Below, piece after piece: positions 20,146 through 29,751 of a stretch of DNA of 64,000 nt (its first letter is position 1; each line of letters starts with the position of its first letter). The translations under genes and the position numbers were made by a program. Location of the stretch: positions 53,776 to 117,775 of the forward strand of contig JAHJDP010000004.1 of assembly GCA_018831195.1 (NCBI GenBank), read 5' to 3'. Under the pieces are notes generated by a model, which saw nothing but the letters and a program-made list of their open reading frames with translations, made no database searches and was not told the origin of the DNA. The stretch is from Candidatus Eiseniibacteriota bacterium. Lineage in GTDB: Bacteria > Eisenbacteria > RBG-16-71-46 > CAIMUX01 > JAHJDP01.

Positions 20146-21108
20146 TTAAAAGAGAATCCCAAAATGAAACCGGTGTGTCGAACCAAGACCGGCTTCCTCC
20201 GCGACGAGGCCGTAAGCGGCGTGGACACGCCCGCGCGTCAGCGTCAGGCCGCCGGAAAAGAGGGTGCCGCCGTCATCGCCCGGCCGGTGCCGCACGCCGG
20301 CCTGGATCCCGACCATCTGCATCGGCAAGGCCGGCCGATAATCGACGCCGAAGCTGAGCTCTTGAAGCCCGACACCTTCCGGATCCCAAATCAAACCCGC
20401 GGGGAATCGAAAGAGGTGATTCCATTCCAGGAGAACGCCCCCTTCAAGGCGAAGATTCAGGCGCTCTGAGTCGCCACCGTCCCAGGAGAGGTTGCTGAGG
20501 GCGTGGCGCATCACAAATCCGGCCTGAGCGCGATCGGTCAGATGCCATGTTAAACCCAGATCGAGATCGTAACCCGAAGCAGACAATCCGGTCACATCGC
20601 CGCCGACGCTGAGGTAACTCAGATTACATCCGACGGTCGAGGACTTTAACGATGAAAAAGCGGTGCCGACCGTCAGGCGGGTTTCACGATAGGTGTCTCC
20701 TTCGGCGTCGAGACTGAGAATATCGGCTCCAAAACCCAAAACGCGGGAGATTTCCGATCCGCCCCCGGCGGTGAGGCGGCCGCCGGCATCGGCATCCACA
20801 TAATTTTTGTAAAAGGGCAGGGCGATGGCCGCAAAGGAATGACGGACAAGGCCTTCGCCGAAAAGATCACCGCTGCCCGCCATGAAGGACCGCTGGGTGA
20901 CGTGCGGCAACAGGGCTGGATTCCAATGGACGGCGGAGGGATCTTGGATCCAGGCGATGCTTCCCGCCCCAAAGACGGCCCCGGTCGCCCCCCACGGCAA
21001 ATCGGGAAAGGCCCCCTGCGTTGCGGAGCCTGCGCCCAAAGCCGGGGAGGAAATGATAAAGAGGGTCAAAATGAAACGTACGATCCGCGGCATGATTCTT
21101 CCCTTCAT
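20146..21108 (-). CDS. PorP/SprF-like outer-membrane beta-barrel protein (T9SS cargo-associated)
   Basis: Signal peptide, then the WIQDPSAVHWNPALLP motif, resembling the QDPQFSQY..NPA..NPA start of the PorP/SprF family. About 320 aa. Ends in aromatic F (HFGILF) as OM beta-barrels do. Lies immediately downstream of a T9SS-CTD cargo gene. Confidence 0.45.
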   Translation of the reverse strand: MKGRIMPRIVRFILTLFIISSPALGAGSATQGAFPDLPWGATGAVFGAGSIAWIQDPSAVHWNPALLPHVTQRSFMAGSGDLFGEGLVRHSFAAIALPFYKNYVDADAGGRLTAGGGSEISRVLGFGADILSLDAEGDTYRETRLTVGTAFSSLKSSTVGCNLSYLSVGGDVTGLSASGYDLDLGLTWHLTDRAQAGFVMRHALSNLSWDGGDSERLNLRLEGGVLLEWNHLFRFPAGLIWDPEGVGLQELSFGVDYRPALPMQMVGIQAGVRHRPGDDGGTLFSGGLTLTRGRVHAAYGLVAEEAGLGSTHRFHFGILF

Positions 21109-21167
21109 ACGCGTCTTGCATCAGTTTCTTACGTAGGACACTTGACTCAGCCGCTTAGCGCGGCCGC

Positions 21168-23084
21168 CTACCTAAGATAGAGAATGGGCCAGATGTGTTT
21201 TTCCGACCCACCGTCCGAAAATCGGGCTTCCCACTTGAGGAGATAGGCTCCGGAGTGGACCCGCGCATTATCTCCGTTGCGCCCATCCCACTGAATTTCA
21301 ATATAGTTTAGGTTCTGGTCCCAGCGCCACTCCCGCACCAAGCCGCCTTCAATGTTAAGGAGCCGGGCATCGACATGCTCATACCCGATCGGGTGCGAAA
21401 TGGTCATTATGTCTCCCGGCCTGAAGGGTTTTGGGATGAGAACCTCTCCCGCCGTGACATAGATGACGGTCTGCGCAGCCGAATGACCCGACTCATTGCC
21501 GGCGGCATCCCGTCCGGCCGCGGCGATCTCTTGCGGGCCGGGTGTTAAACTGATGGGGACGGAAAATTCTCCGCCGGCGCCGACATCGGCTGTGGCGACG
21601 CGTTTGCCATCTTTGAAAATCGCGACGGCGGGAAGGCTGTCGACCACACCGGCGACGGTGATCTGATCTGTTGTTACTGAGGAGGGCAGAGGATTGAGCA
21701 CCGGTACAATAGTGGGCGCGGTGTTATCCAGCCCGATCCAAAGAGCGCGGATCTCTTCACGGCGGCAGCCGCCTGTTTGCGCGTAAACAGGGATAAGCAC
21801 CGACGCCGCATCCGATGCTTCATTCGCGGCTGGAATCAGATAGGTGATAACAAAGGTTGTGTCATTGGTCTGTTGTGTCGCCTCATTCCCATCTTTAAAG
21901 CGGGAGCTGATCCCCTGAAAATCGGCGCCGACATTGATCTCGAGCTCTCCCGGGCTGCTCCATTGGGTTTCTATTTTTAATGTATCACTGTTTTTAAAAA
22001 CAGTTTTCGCATTTATCAACCGGGTCGCTATATGAACCGGCGGATGATTGTTCATGGTGAGACGGAGGCTGTTATCGGTGAAACGATCCCCGAAGCGTGT
22101 TGATGCCGTGAGGCCGACCACAAGGGAATCGGCGTCGGGAGTGGTGTTGTTTTCAGAAGTCGTATATTGAATCGTATAGAGCCCGCCCCCCTCGGGGTAG
22201 ACGGTATAAGGACCCGGGAGGCCGTTATCAATATGGGCGAAATCGGGAACGATGCTGAGATCGTCCCGGTCCCAGCGGGTCTTAATGACAATGGACCATT
22301 CATCACTGATGCATGAGGATGAGTCGGCCAATACCGAGCCCAGCGGGATCGGTGTATTGTGAAGGTTCAACAAAATCGTCGTATCGACAGCGGTGTTCCC
22401 CGCGGGATCGACAGCGGTGATCGGCACCGGAAGGCTGTCCGCATCGGCGGTTGTGTTATAAAAAGAGAGGGTGTACTGGAATCGCGTTGTGGTGCCGGAC
22501 TCCATCATCTGCAGGCCGCCGAGCGTGTCCGAATCGACAGCGGTGAAATCAGGCCGGATGCGGTAGTCGTCCCCATTCCATGTCGTCTCGAGTTGAATCG
22601 ACTCCCCATCACGAACCAGGGTATCGCCCTCGACAAAGAGCGTTGAGGTATGGACCGGGGCCGTGATGTCCAGCACCAGATCCAACGGATCAGCGACAAT
22701 CGACTGTGTGCCGCTCCAGGCGGCGGCTTTGACCGTATAATCTCCTTCTGAGACCAGACGCGGATCCAAACCGGCGGGATCCGCCGTTCCGTTCCATATC
22801 AGTTCGACCGCGCCGGTTCCCACCGCAACACTGTCGAGGAGGGTGCGGATGGGAACATCGGATGAATCGACCTGAACCCGGAGGTAACCGGCCTGGTTGA
22901 GACGCACCGTGATCAGGAGATGATCCTGGATGCCGTCTCCATTCGGAGAGAAAGCGCCACTATCGAGCGCGAAATCTTCAAAGAGAAGCTGCTGGCCGGC
23001 GGCGGGCGCCGGAAGCGACAGGGCCAATCCGGGAAGAAGACATATGATCCGCAGAGCGAGACGGATCGAAGCTGGTAGGGTCAC
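21168..23084 (-). CDS. Secreted 638-aa protein with repeated Ig-like modules and T9SS type-A sorting domain
   Basis: Signal peptide MTLPASIRLALRIICLLPGLALSLPAPAAG. RBS GAAGGAAAGGA. C-terminus ARLLNIEGGLVREWRW.....IQWDGRNGDNARVHSGAYLLKWE. Confidence 0.75.
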   Translation of the reverse strand: MTLPASIRLALRIICLLPGLALSLPAPAAGQQLLFEDFALDSGAFSPNGDGIQDHLLITVRLNQAGYLRVQVDSSDVPIRTLLDSVAVGTGAVELIWNGTADPAGLDPRLVSEGDYTVKAAAWSGTQSIVADPLDLVLDITAPVHTSTLFVEGDTLVRDGESIQLETTWNGDDYRIRPDFTAVDSDTLGGLQMMESGTTTRFQYTLSFYNTTADADSLPVPITAVDPAGNTAVDTTILLNLHNTPIPLGSVLADSSSCISDEWSIVIKTRWDRDDLSIVPDFAHIDNGLPGPYTVYPEGGGLYTIQYTTSENNTTPDADSLVVGLTASTRFGDRFTDNSLRLTMNNHPPVHIATRLINAKTVFKNSDTLKIETQWSSPGELEINVGADFQGISSRFKDGNEATQQTNDTTFVITYLIPAANEASDAASVLIPVYAQTGGCRREEIRALWIGLDNTAPTIVPVLNPLPSSVTTDQITVAGVVDSLPAVAIFKDGKRVATADVGAGGEFSVPISLTPGPQEIAAAGRDAAGNESGHSAAQTVIYVTAGEVLIPKPFRPGDIMTISHPIGYEHVDARLLNIEGGLVREWRWDQNLNYIEIQWDGRNGDNARVHSGAYLLKWEARFSDGGSEKHIWPILYLR

Positions 23085-23327
23085 CGTCTTAATGATCCTT
23101 TCCTTCGGAAGCCGGGCCGCTTCTGGGTTCCTATCATCCCGCGGCCCTGTGGAAGCGAGACACTCACGGAGATTATGGGTCTCCCAGGGCTGTTGTCAAA
23201 CGCTCGCGTCGCGACGCCAAGATTGGATCCGCCCCTGAAGAGGGGTAAGCTGCAGGACGGAGAGGTGGAGCTTCGCAGGTGGTTGCGGAGGCGCGGTTAT
23301 GCGATGTGGGGTGATAAGGGAGGGTCG

Positions 23328-24116
23328 ATGCCGCGATCATTAGGGCTGGCGCTCAGCGGGGGCGTCGCGAGGAGCATTGTGCATGTGGGCGTTCTGAAGG
23401 TCTTCAAGGCGGAGGGGATCCCGATCGACGCCATTGCGGGGACATCGGGCGGCTCGATCGCGGCGGTGCTCTATGCCGCCGGGCTGCCGGTGACCGATAT
23501 GGCGGCGCTCGCCGGCAAGCTCTCCTGGCGCGAACTGGCCCACCTCTCGCCGAAGCGGCTGGGATTCCTTTCCACGGCGCCGATCCGCCAATTCATCGAA
23601 AAGTGGATCGGCAATCCATCCTTTGAGGATCTCAAAATTCCCTGCGCCGTCGTGGCGACCGATATGACGACCTTCGCGGCGCACGTTTTCAACAGCGGGC
23701 CGATTCTGCCGGCCGTCGAAGCCTCATGTGCCATCCCGCATCTCTTCAGTCCGGTCAAGATCGACGGAAAGATCTATCTCGACGGCGGGGTTGTTAATTT
23801 TTTGCCCGTGGAGTGCTTGAGTTCGATGGGCGCCGAAATGACGGTGGGAGTGTCGACGATCAAGGACCCTCCCCGCGGCGGCGAACCCCGGCATCTGGTG
23901 GAACTGATGGCTCAGTTTTCTGGACTTGTACAATACAATAATTATATGCAATCCCGCGAGCGGGTGGATATTCTCATTCATCCGAACATGGAGAAGTTCC
24001 CGGTCTTCGAGTTACACAAAGCCGGCCTGCTTCTTGAGGAAGGGGAGAAGGCCGCGCGGAGCGCCTTGCCGAGGATACGGGCTCTTCTGGATGAGGGGCC
24101 GCAGAGAGAAAATTAA
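23328..24116 (+). CDS. Patatin-like phospholipase
   Basis: GTSGGS nucleophile elbow (patatin GxSxG), glycine-rich oxyanion segment LALSGGVARS and DGG catalytic Asp. Strong RBS AAGGGAGGG lies before the ATG at 23328. The ORF tool extends to 23175. Confidence 0.75.
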   Translation: MPRSLGLALSGGVARSIVHVGVLKVFKAEGIPIDAIAGTSGGSIAAVLYAAGLPVTDMAALAGKLSWRELAHLSPKRLGFLSTAPIRQFIEKWIGNPSFEDLKIPCAVVATDMTTFAAHVFNSGPILPAVEASCAIPHLFSPVKIDGKIYLDGGVVNFLPVECLSSMGAEMTVGVSTIKDPPRGGEPRHLVELMAQFSGLVQYNNYMQSRERVDILIHPNMEKFPVFELHKAGLLLEEGEKAARSALPRIRALLDEGPQREN

Positions 24117-24133
24117 GAGCGGGGACGGCGGAA

Positions 24134-25297
24134 ATGGCGGAAATGACGGAACCCAGGCATCTCAAGATTCTCAATGTCGCCCATATCCGGTGGTGGAGCG
24201 CCCTGGCCCACTATGCGCATGCCGTCGCCGTGTCGCTGCAACGCCGGGGGCATCATGTCATCGCCGCCGGCGCCCAAAATTCCCCCTATATGGATCGATG
24301 CATAACTTCCGGTCTCCCGACATTGAAAGGGATCCGTTCCGCCGGCAACGGCATGACCGGCCGTATGCCCTCGCTGTTCCTCATCCGCCGGATGATCCGG
24401 GAGGGTGAACTCGATGTTCTGATCGTTCACACCGGACCGGGCCACGGGGAATTGGCCCTGTCCCGGTGGGGGATGAAAGAGAAGGTTCTGCTCATCCGCG
24501 CCCGGCCGGAGATCCGCCCGCCCAGAGACAATATGGTGAACCGGGTCCTCCACCGGCGGTTGACCGACCGGATCCTCCTTTCCGGCGAGTTCATGAAGAA
24601 AGATCACTACAGCGGATGGTTTTTGGATTCGGGAAGAATGACCGTCATCCACGGCGGGGTCGATGTTGAACATTTTTCAAGGGAGCGCTGGGAGGGCGAG
24701 GCGGCGGAGATCCGCAAGCGTTTCGGCCTGTCCCGGCGGTCGACGCTGGTCGGATTGATCGGGCGGCTGAGCCCTGTCAAAGGGCACCGGACGGCTCTGG
24801 AGGCGCTCCTTCCGTTGATGACGGCGGATGAAAACCTCCAGCTCATCTTCGCGGGCGGCGAGTCGCAGGTGCGCTGGATAGAATTGGCCAAAAAGATTCC
24901 CGGCGCGCTATTAGCGCGGGTCCATTATATAGGACAGGTGCCGGATGCGGCGCCCGCCATGACGGCCTGCGATGCGGTGTTGATACCGAGCACCGGCTCG
25001 GAAGCGGTCTGCCGGGTGGCGATGGAGTGTCTTGCGCTGGGTGTGCCCGTCGTCGGCACCTCTGTGAATGTGATACCTGAGGTGATCCAGGACGGTGAGA
25101 CCGGATGGATTGTCCCGCCGGGCGATCCGGCGGCCCTGCGGCGCACGGTGGATGCGATCATGAAAAACCCCGATGAAGCGCGGCGGCGGGCTGAACGGGG
25201 CCATGCGGCGGCGCAAAAGTTGTACTCTTGGGATGCCCTCGGCGGCCGGCTCGAAGGTTTGCTATGGCAGGCTTTGGCCGGTGATGATTGGGATTGA
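24134..25297 (+). CDS. Glycosyltransferase family 4 (GT-B, GT1-type)
   Basis: C-terminal E..-type GT4 motif region: GRLSPVKG, LIFAGGES, PSTGSEAVCRVAMECLALGVPVVGTSV...GETGWIV. Confidence 0.8.
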   Translation: MAEMTEPRHLKILNVAHIRWWSALAHYAHAVAVSLQRRGHHVIAAGAQNSPYMDRCITSGLPTLKGIRSAGNGMTGRMPSLFLIRRMIREGELDVLIVHTGPGHGELALSRWGMKEKVLLIRARPEIRPPRDNMVNRVLHRRLTDRILLSGEFMKKDHYSGWFLDSGRMTVIHGGVDVEHFSRERWEGEAAEIRKRFGLSRRSTLVGLIGRLSPVKGHRTALEALLPLMTADENLQLIFAGGESQVRWIELAKKIPGALLARVHYIGQVPDAAPAMTACDAVLIPSTGSEAVCRVAMECLALGVPVVGTSVNVIPEVIQDGETGWIVPPGDPAALRRTVDAIMKNPDEARRRAERGHAAAQKLYSWDALGGRLEGLLWQALAGDDWD

Positions 25298-25315
25298 GGC
25301 GGGGAGGAAACGGCT

Positions 25316-26509
25316 TTGACACAACTTGTTCATGAGAAATTGCATCAGGTTGAAGGCATCTTGAAGGAACTCGACATCGACTGCTGGCTGACCTTTGTCC
25401 GCGAGACAACCGATGCCGGCGATCCCGTGCTGCCGTTGATCCTCGATCACCCCCTCACCTGGCAAAGCGCCCTGATCCTTACACAATCGGGCGAACGGAT
25501 CGCGATCGTGGGGAAATATGAAGATGAAGCGGTGAGATCCAGCGGCGCCTGGTCGAAGGTTCTCACCTATGTTCAGAGCATAAAAGAGCCCCTCTGCAAC
25601 GAACTGAACCGCCTGCAGCCGAAAGAGGTCGCGCTCAATTACTCATTGAATGATGTCAAGGCGGATGGCCTTACGTTCGGTCTTTTTGAATTGTTAAAGC
25701 AGCATCTTTCGGAGACACCCTTTGCCAGCCGTTTCCTCAGCGCCGAGAAGATTATCGGCACCCTCAGGGGCAGGAAATCTCCCGGAGAGATTCAGCGCGT
25801 GCGCCGGGCGATCGCGACGACGGAAGAGATCTTTCTCGACCTCACCCGCTATGCGCGGCCGGGCCACACCGAGATCGACATTCACGGTCATCTCCATGAC
25901 GCGGCGGCCCGGCGGCATGTCGGCTTGGCCTGGGAGGCGGCGCTCTGTCCCTCCGTAACCACGGGGCCGGGATCGATGGCCGGGCACGGCTTTCCTTCCG
26001 ATCAGCTCTGCGTCTCTGAGGGGAATATCTTTCACATTGATTATGGCGTCCGGCGCGATGGGTATTGTTCCGATCTTCAACGCTCCTGGTATGTGCCGCG
26101 CACCGGGGAAACGAGGCCGCCTGAGAGTGTGCAAAAGGGATTCGATACGGTACGCCGGGCCATCCTCGCCGCCGCTGAGGTGTTGCAGCCGGGTGTCGAG
26201 GGCTGGACCGTCGACGCCGCCGCGCGCCGGGTCGTCATTGAGGCCGGTTATCCCGAGTACCAGCATGCGACGGGACACCAGGTCGGCCGGGCCTGCCATG
26301 ACGGCGGCGGCGTGCTGGGACCGCAATGGGAGCGCTACGGGCAAACGCCCTTCTTCCCGATTGAAGAGGGAAATATCTTCACCTTGGAACTCGGCGTCGA
26401 TCTCGAGGGGCGCGGATATCTCGGATTGGAAGAGATGGTTTTAGTGACGAAGAAGGGGATCGAGTGGTTATCCTCACCCCAAGAGAGTCTGCCGCTATTG
26501 CCGGTATAA
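25316..26509 (+). CDS. M24-family metallopeptidase (Xaa-Pro aminopeptidase/prolidase-like)
   Basis: Pita-bread fold metal ligands in HIDYGVRRDGYCSDLQRSWYV, HATGHQVG, FTLELGV. TTG start with GGGGAGG RBS. Confidence 0.75.
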   Translation: MTQLVHEKLHQVEGILKELDIDCWLTFVRETTDAGDPVLPLILDHPLTWQSALILTQSGERIAIVGKYEDEAVRSSGAWSKVLTYVQSIKEPLCNELNRLQPKEVALNYSLNDVKADGLTFGLFELLKQHLSETPFASRFLSAEKIIGTLRGRKSPGEIQRVRRAIATTEEIFLDLTRYARPGHTEIDIHGHLHDAAARRHVGLAWEAALCPSVTTGPGSMAGHGFPSDQLCVSEGNIFHIDYGVRRDGYCSDLQRSWYVPRTGETRPPESVQKGFDTVRRAILAAAEVLQPGVEGWTVDAAARRVVIEAGYPEYQHATGHQVGRACHDGGGVLGPQWERYGQTPFFPIEEGNIFTLELGVDLEGRGYLGLEEMVLVTKKGIEWLSSPQESLPLLPV

Positions 26510-26523
26510 CGGGGAAGGGTTCG

Positions 26524-27264
26524 ATGACAAAGCTGCCGGTTTCGATCTTCATCCTCACGCTGAATGAGGCCGACCGTCTGCCGAAGACGCTGCGGTCGGT
26601 CCCGTGGGCCGATGAGATCCTCGTCATCGATTGCGGATCAACCGACGGCACGATCGACGCGGCTGAAGCGTCAGGCGCCCGCGTGATTCGCCATCCCTGG
26701 GAAGGATACAGCCGGCAGAAATCCTTCGCCCTGACGCAATGCCGCCATCCCTGGGTTCTGTGGCTGGATGCCGATGAAGAGGTGACCGTCGAGCTGGCTC
26801 ACTCCATCCGGAAGGCGATGGAAAGTGAAACCACAGCCGGCGGATTCGCCATGGCGCGCCGCACCGTTTACCTTGGGAAGGCGCTGCGATGGGGCGGATG
26901 GTACCCCGACTGGAAGACGCGGCTTTTTCTGAAAGATAAGGTGCGTTTCGACGAGCGGATGGTGCACGAGACGGCCGTGATCGACGGGCGCGTCGAGCGG
27001 CTGCGGGGGGATCTTCTACATTATTCGTACCGCAATCTCACGCATCATCTCGAAAAGATCAACGAGTACACGACGCTTTGGGCGGAGGGGGCGCCGGGCC
27101 GGCCGGCTCTTCCGGACCTGATCTTCCGCCCGCCGGCGAAATTTCTCAAAGCCTATATTTTAAAGTTGGGATTTCTCGAAGGGTGGCGCGGCCTGGTCGT
27201 CGCCACCATGGGCGCCTACTATGTTGCGCTGAAGTATGCGAAACTCTTTGAAAAGTATAAGTAA
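26524..27264 (+). CDS. Glycosyltransferase family 2 (KdtX/WaaE-like)
   Basis: VSIFILTLNEADRLPKTLRSV...ILVIDCGSTDGT...LWLDADEE: GT-A DxD and N-terminal signature. RBS GGGGAAGGG. Confidence 0.75.
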   Translation: MTKLPVSIFILTLNEADRLPKTLRSVPWADEILVIDCGSTDGTIDAAEASGARVIRHPWEGYSRQKSFALTQCRHPWVLWLDADEEVTVELAHSIRKAMESETTAGGFAMARRTVYLGKALRWGGWYPDWKTRLFLKDKVRFDERMVHETAVIDGRVERLRGDLLHYSYRNLTHHLEKINEYTTLWAEGAPGRPALPDLIFRPPAKFLKAYILKLGFLEGWRGLVVATMGAYYVALKYAKLFEKYK

Positions 27265-27286
27265 AGAACTGCAACGGGAGGAAGAG

Positions 27287-27682
27287 ATGGAAGAGGAAAA
27301 GAAAGCCGAAGAGGAACCGAAGCAAGCGGAGACGAAAAGCGAAGCGCCGGGGAAACCGGAGTTGACCTACAATGAATTCGCCCGCATGGATCTCCGGGTC
27401 GCCGTCATTACCGCCGCGGAGCCGCATCCCAACGCCGACCGTTTGTTAAAGATGCAGGTCGATCTCGGCTCGGGTGACACACGCCAGCTCGTCGCCGGGA
27501 TCGCCGGGCAGTACCAGCCGGAGGATCTTGTCGGCCGGAAGATATGCGTCGTCGCCAACCTGAAACCGGCGAAACTCCGCGGCGAGCTCTCCCAGGGGAT
27601 GCTCCTGGCGGCATCCGACGGCGAGACGATCAGCCTTCTCAAGCCCGATCAGGATGTCGCCCCGGGGTCGGCGATCAGCTGA
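27287..27682 (+). CDS. tRNA-binding (Myf/CsaA/EMAP-II-like) domain protein with acidic N-terminal tail
   Basis: FARMDLRVAVITAAEPHPNADRLLKMQVDLG...RQLVAGIA is the OB-fold tRNA-binding domain signature. GGGAGG RBS. Confidence 0.65.
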   Translation: MEEEKKAEEEPKQAETKSEAPGKPELTYNEFARMDLRVAVITAAEPHPNADRLLKMQVDLGSGDTRQLVAGIAGQYQPEDLVGRKICVVANLKPAKLRGELSQGMLLAASDGETISLLKPDQDVAPGSAIS

Positions 27683-27692
27683 CGGGGCCGGC

Positions 27693-28412
27693 ATGCAGAC
27701 GAGCGGTTCAGAACCGGAATTCACCGGCGAGTTCTTTATTCCCGGCAAGTCCGGCGAGCGGATCGAAGCGGACCATATGGAAAGGTATCGTTTCGCCTCC
27801 GGATTCGCACAGGGCAGGACCGTATTGGATATAGCTTGCGGTGTTGGATTCTCGGCGCCCCTGTTCCTGGCCGCCGGCGCCGCTCGGTATGTCGGCGTCG
27901 ACCTGAACGAACAGCTGATTCAATATGCGGCGCGCACCTACGGTTCGGAAAAGGCCCGATTTGTCGCCGGCGATATCTGTACTTATGAGGACGGCGAGAG
28001 ATATGATCTCGTCGTCTGTTATGAGACGATCGAGCATATCAAAGATTACCGTTCGGCGCTTGGAAACTTGTATCATCTTCTCAACACGGATGGAGTGCTC
28101 ATCATCTCTTCACCGCATCGCTTGATTACCTCACCGCGCGCGAATTCACTCACCGACAAGCCCTCCAACGAATTTCATATCCAAGAATTTACGCCAGAGG
28201 AACTGCTGCCGGAATTAAAGGCAGCGGGATTTTCCACTCTTGAACAGGGGCTCTATGGCCAGCGTCAAAGACGGCGCATCATCGCAAACCGGGTGATTCG
28301 AAGAATCGTAAGCCTTGTATTTGGCAATCCAAATATGACCACATCGCCGCAAGTGACGCCGGTAATTGATAAAGTCCCGCGATACTTCATATTTGTCGTA
28401 AAGAAGAATTGA
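27693..28412 (+). CDS. Class I SAM-dependent methyltransferase
   Basis: Motif I VLDIACGVGFSA, acidic motif II VGVDLN, and FVAGDI...YDLVVCYETIEHI. Confidence 0.7.
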   Translation: MQTSGSEPEFTGEFFIPGKSGERIEADHMERYRFASGFAQGRTVLDIACGVGFSAPLFLAAGAARYVGVDLNEQLIQYAARTYGSEKARFVAGDICTYEDGERYDLVVCYETIEHIKDYRSALGNLYHLLNTDGVLIISSPHRLITSPRANSLTDKPSNEFHIQEFTPEELLPELKAAGFSTLEQGLYGQRQRRRIIANRVIRRIVSLVFGNPNMTTSPQVTPVIDKVPRYFIFVVKKN

Positions 28413-28735
28413 AACCGGCGGCCGAATCCCGCCAGCTCAGTTTCTCGCAATAAGCGGTAATCGCAGTCTTAACTTCAATATAGTTATGGGTTAAAATATT
28501 TCTGGCATGTCCATAAGGACAGTCCACGGTTTTGTACCGACTGCGCGCTGGGATCGATATTCCTCTTTAAGCGTGTCTCTTGTATTCTCGCCATCGGCTC
28601 CTCCGCGTCTCCTAGATACAGACCCTGCAATATCAAAGCTGCGTCCCGGCTCCACCGCGCCGGGTCGGTTGAGCCGGGAAGGCGAAATTCTCCCATGGCA
28701 TTCCAATGCCATGGCCGCGCAAGGGGGAGGTTCCA

Positions 28736-29056
28736 ATGATCTGCAAAAAGATGGGTTCCTATTTGTTGTGCCCGGTCATCGCATTGTTCTTGAATGCGGG
28801 GTTTGATTCGGGCGGCAGCGCCGCCGATTTCGACGGCGCTCCGCCACCGATGGGCGCCTATCAACTCGAAGCAGTAGGCGCTGTTGCCGCCTATCAGGAG
28901 CTGGAGCGCGGGGCGACGATTTATACATTCGGCGATCCCGCAGAGCTGAGATCGCAACTCGGTATCCCGACCTATTCCGTCTCAGATCCGGGGCCACTCC
29001 TGGGCTATGCCATCCGAAGGCTCCCCAACGGCCGGTATGCCGTCATCTATCCTTAA
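28736..29056 (+). CDS. Signal-peptide-bearing N-terminal segment of a probable frameshifted T9SS cargo gene
   Basis: MICKKMGSYLLCPVIALFLNAGF... hydrophobic N-terminus. RBS AAGGGGGAGG lies 6 nt upstream. Ends TAA at 29054-29056 in frame 2. Confidence 0.4.
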   Translation: MICKKMGSYLLCPVIALFLNAGFDSGGSAADFDGAPPPMGAYQLEAVGAVAAYQELERGATIYTFGDPAELRSQLGIPTYSVSDPGPLLGYAIRRLPNGRYAVIYP

Positions 29057-29723
29057 GAACTGGAATCCGAATCCGAACACACCGCCGTCCGCGCCCACAA
29101 ATCCTGCAAGCGAAATGGACGGGAATGTGCTGACCCTTTCCTGGGACGCGGCGATCGACGATGAAACACCCACTTTGGGATTAACGTATAACCTCTGTGT
29201 GGGGACGACCCCCGGCGGCTCGGAGATCATGTCAGCGATGGCCGATTCAATGACGGGGTATCGCAAGGTCGTGCAGCTGGGAAACACGAATCATAATACC
29301 AGCTGGATGATTACCCTTCCCGACCCGCCGCCTCCGGAATTTTATTGGAGTGTTCAAGCTATCGATGCCTGCTTTGCGGGATCACCCTTCGTGGCCGGCG
29401 GCCTCGACACAGCCGCCCCCCCCGACGATGTTGATCCAATGCCGACGAGCTTCGCCGTCCAGCTGATCAATCCGAATCCGTTCTATAAACAAACGGCCAT
29501 CCGGTTTGATGTGCCGACTGCGGGAGCGGTGCGGCTCGACGTCTTTAACATTGCCGGGCGAAAGGTCAGGACTCTCGTAAACCGCCGGATGGATCCCGCC
29601 AGGCACACCTCGATCTGGGATGGACGCGATGACGGCGGCCGATCCGTATCCGCCGGCGTCTATTTTATAAGGCTCGACGCCGCGTCGGCGACATTGACGC
29701 AGAAGGTGGTGCGGATCGAGTAA
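29007..29723 (+). CDS. FN3-like domain plus T9SS type-A sorting domain segment (frame 0), lacking its own signal peptide
   Basis: NVLTLSWDAAIDDETPTLGLTYNL...YWSVQAIDAC, then C-terminus VRLDVFNIAGRKVRTLVN......WDGRDDGGRSVSAGVYFIRL. Frame 0 is open from 28950. Confidence 0.55.
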   Translation: MPSEGSPTAGMPSSILKNWNPNPNTPPSAPTNPASEMDGNVLTLSWDAAIDDETPTLGLTYNLCVGTTPGGSEIMSAMADSMTGYRKVVQLGNTNHNTSWMITLPDPPPPEFYWSVQAIDACFAGSPFVAGGLDTAAPPDDVDPMPTSFAVQLINPNPFYKQTAIRFDVPTAGAVRLDVFNIAGRKVRTLVNRRMDPARHTSIWDGRDDGGRSVSAGVYFIRLDAASATLTQKVVRIE

Positions 29724-29751
29724 GATCGTCAAGGGCGCATTCCGCCGGCTC

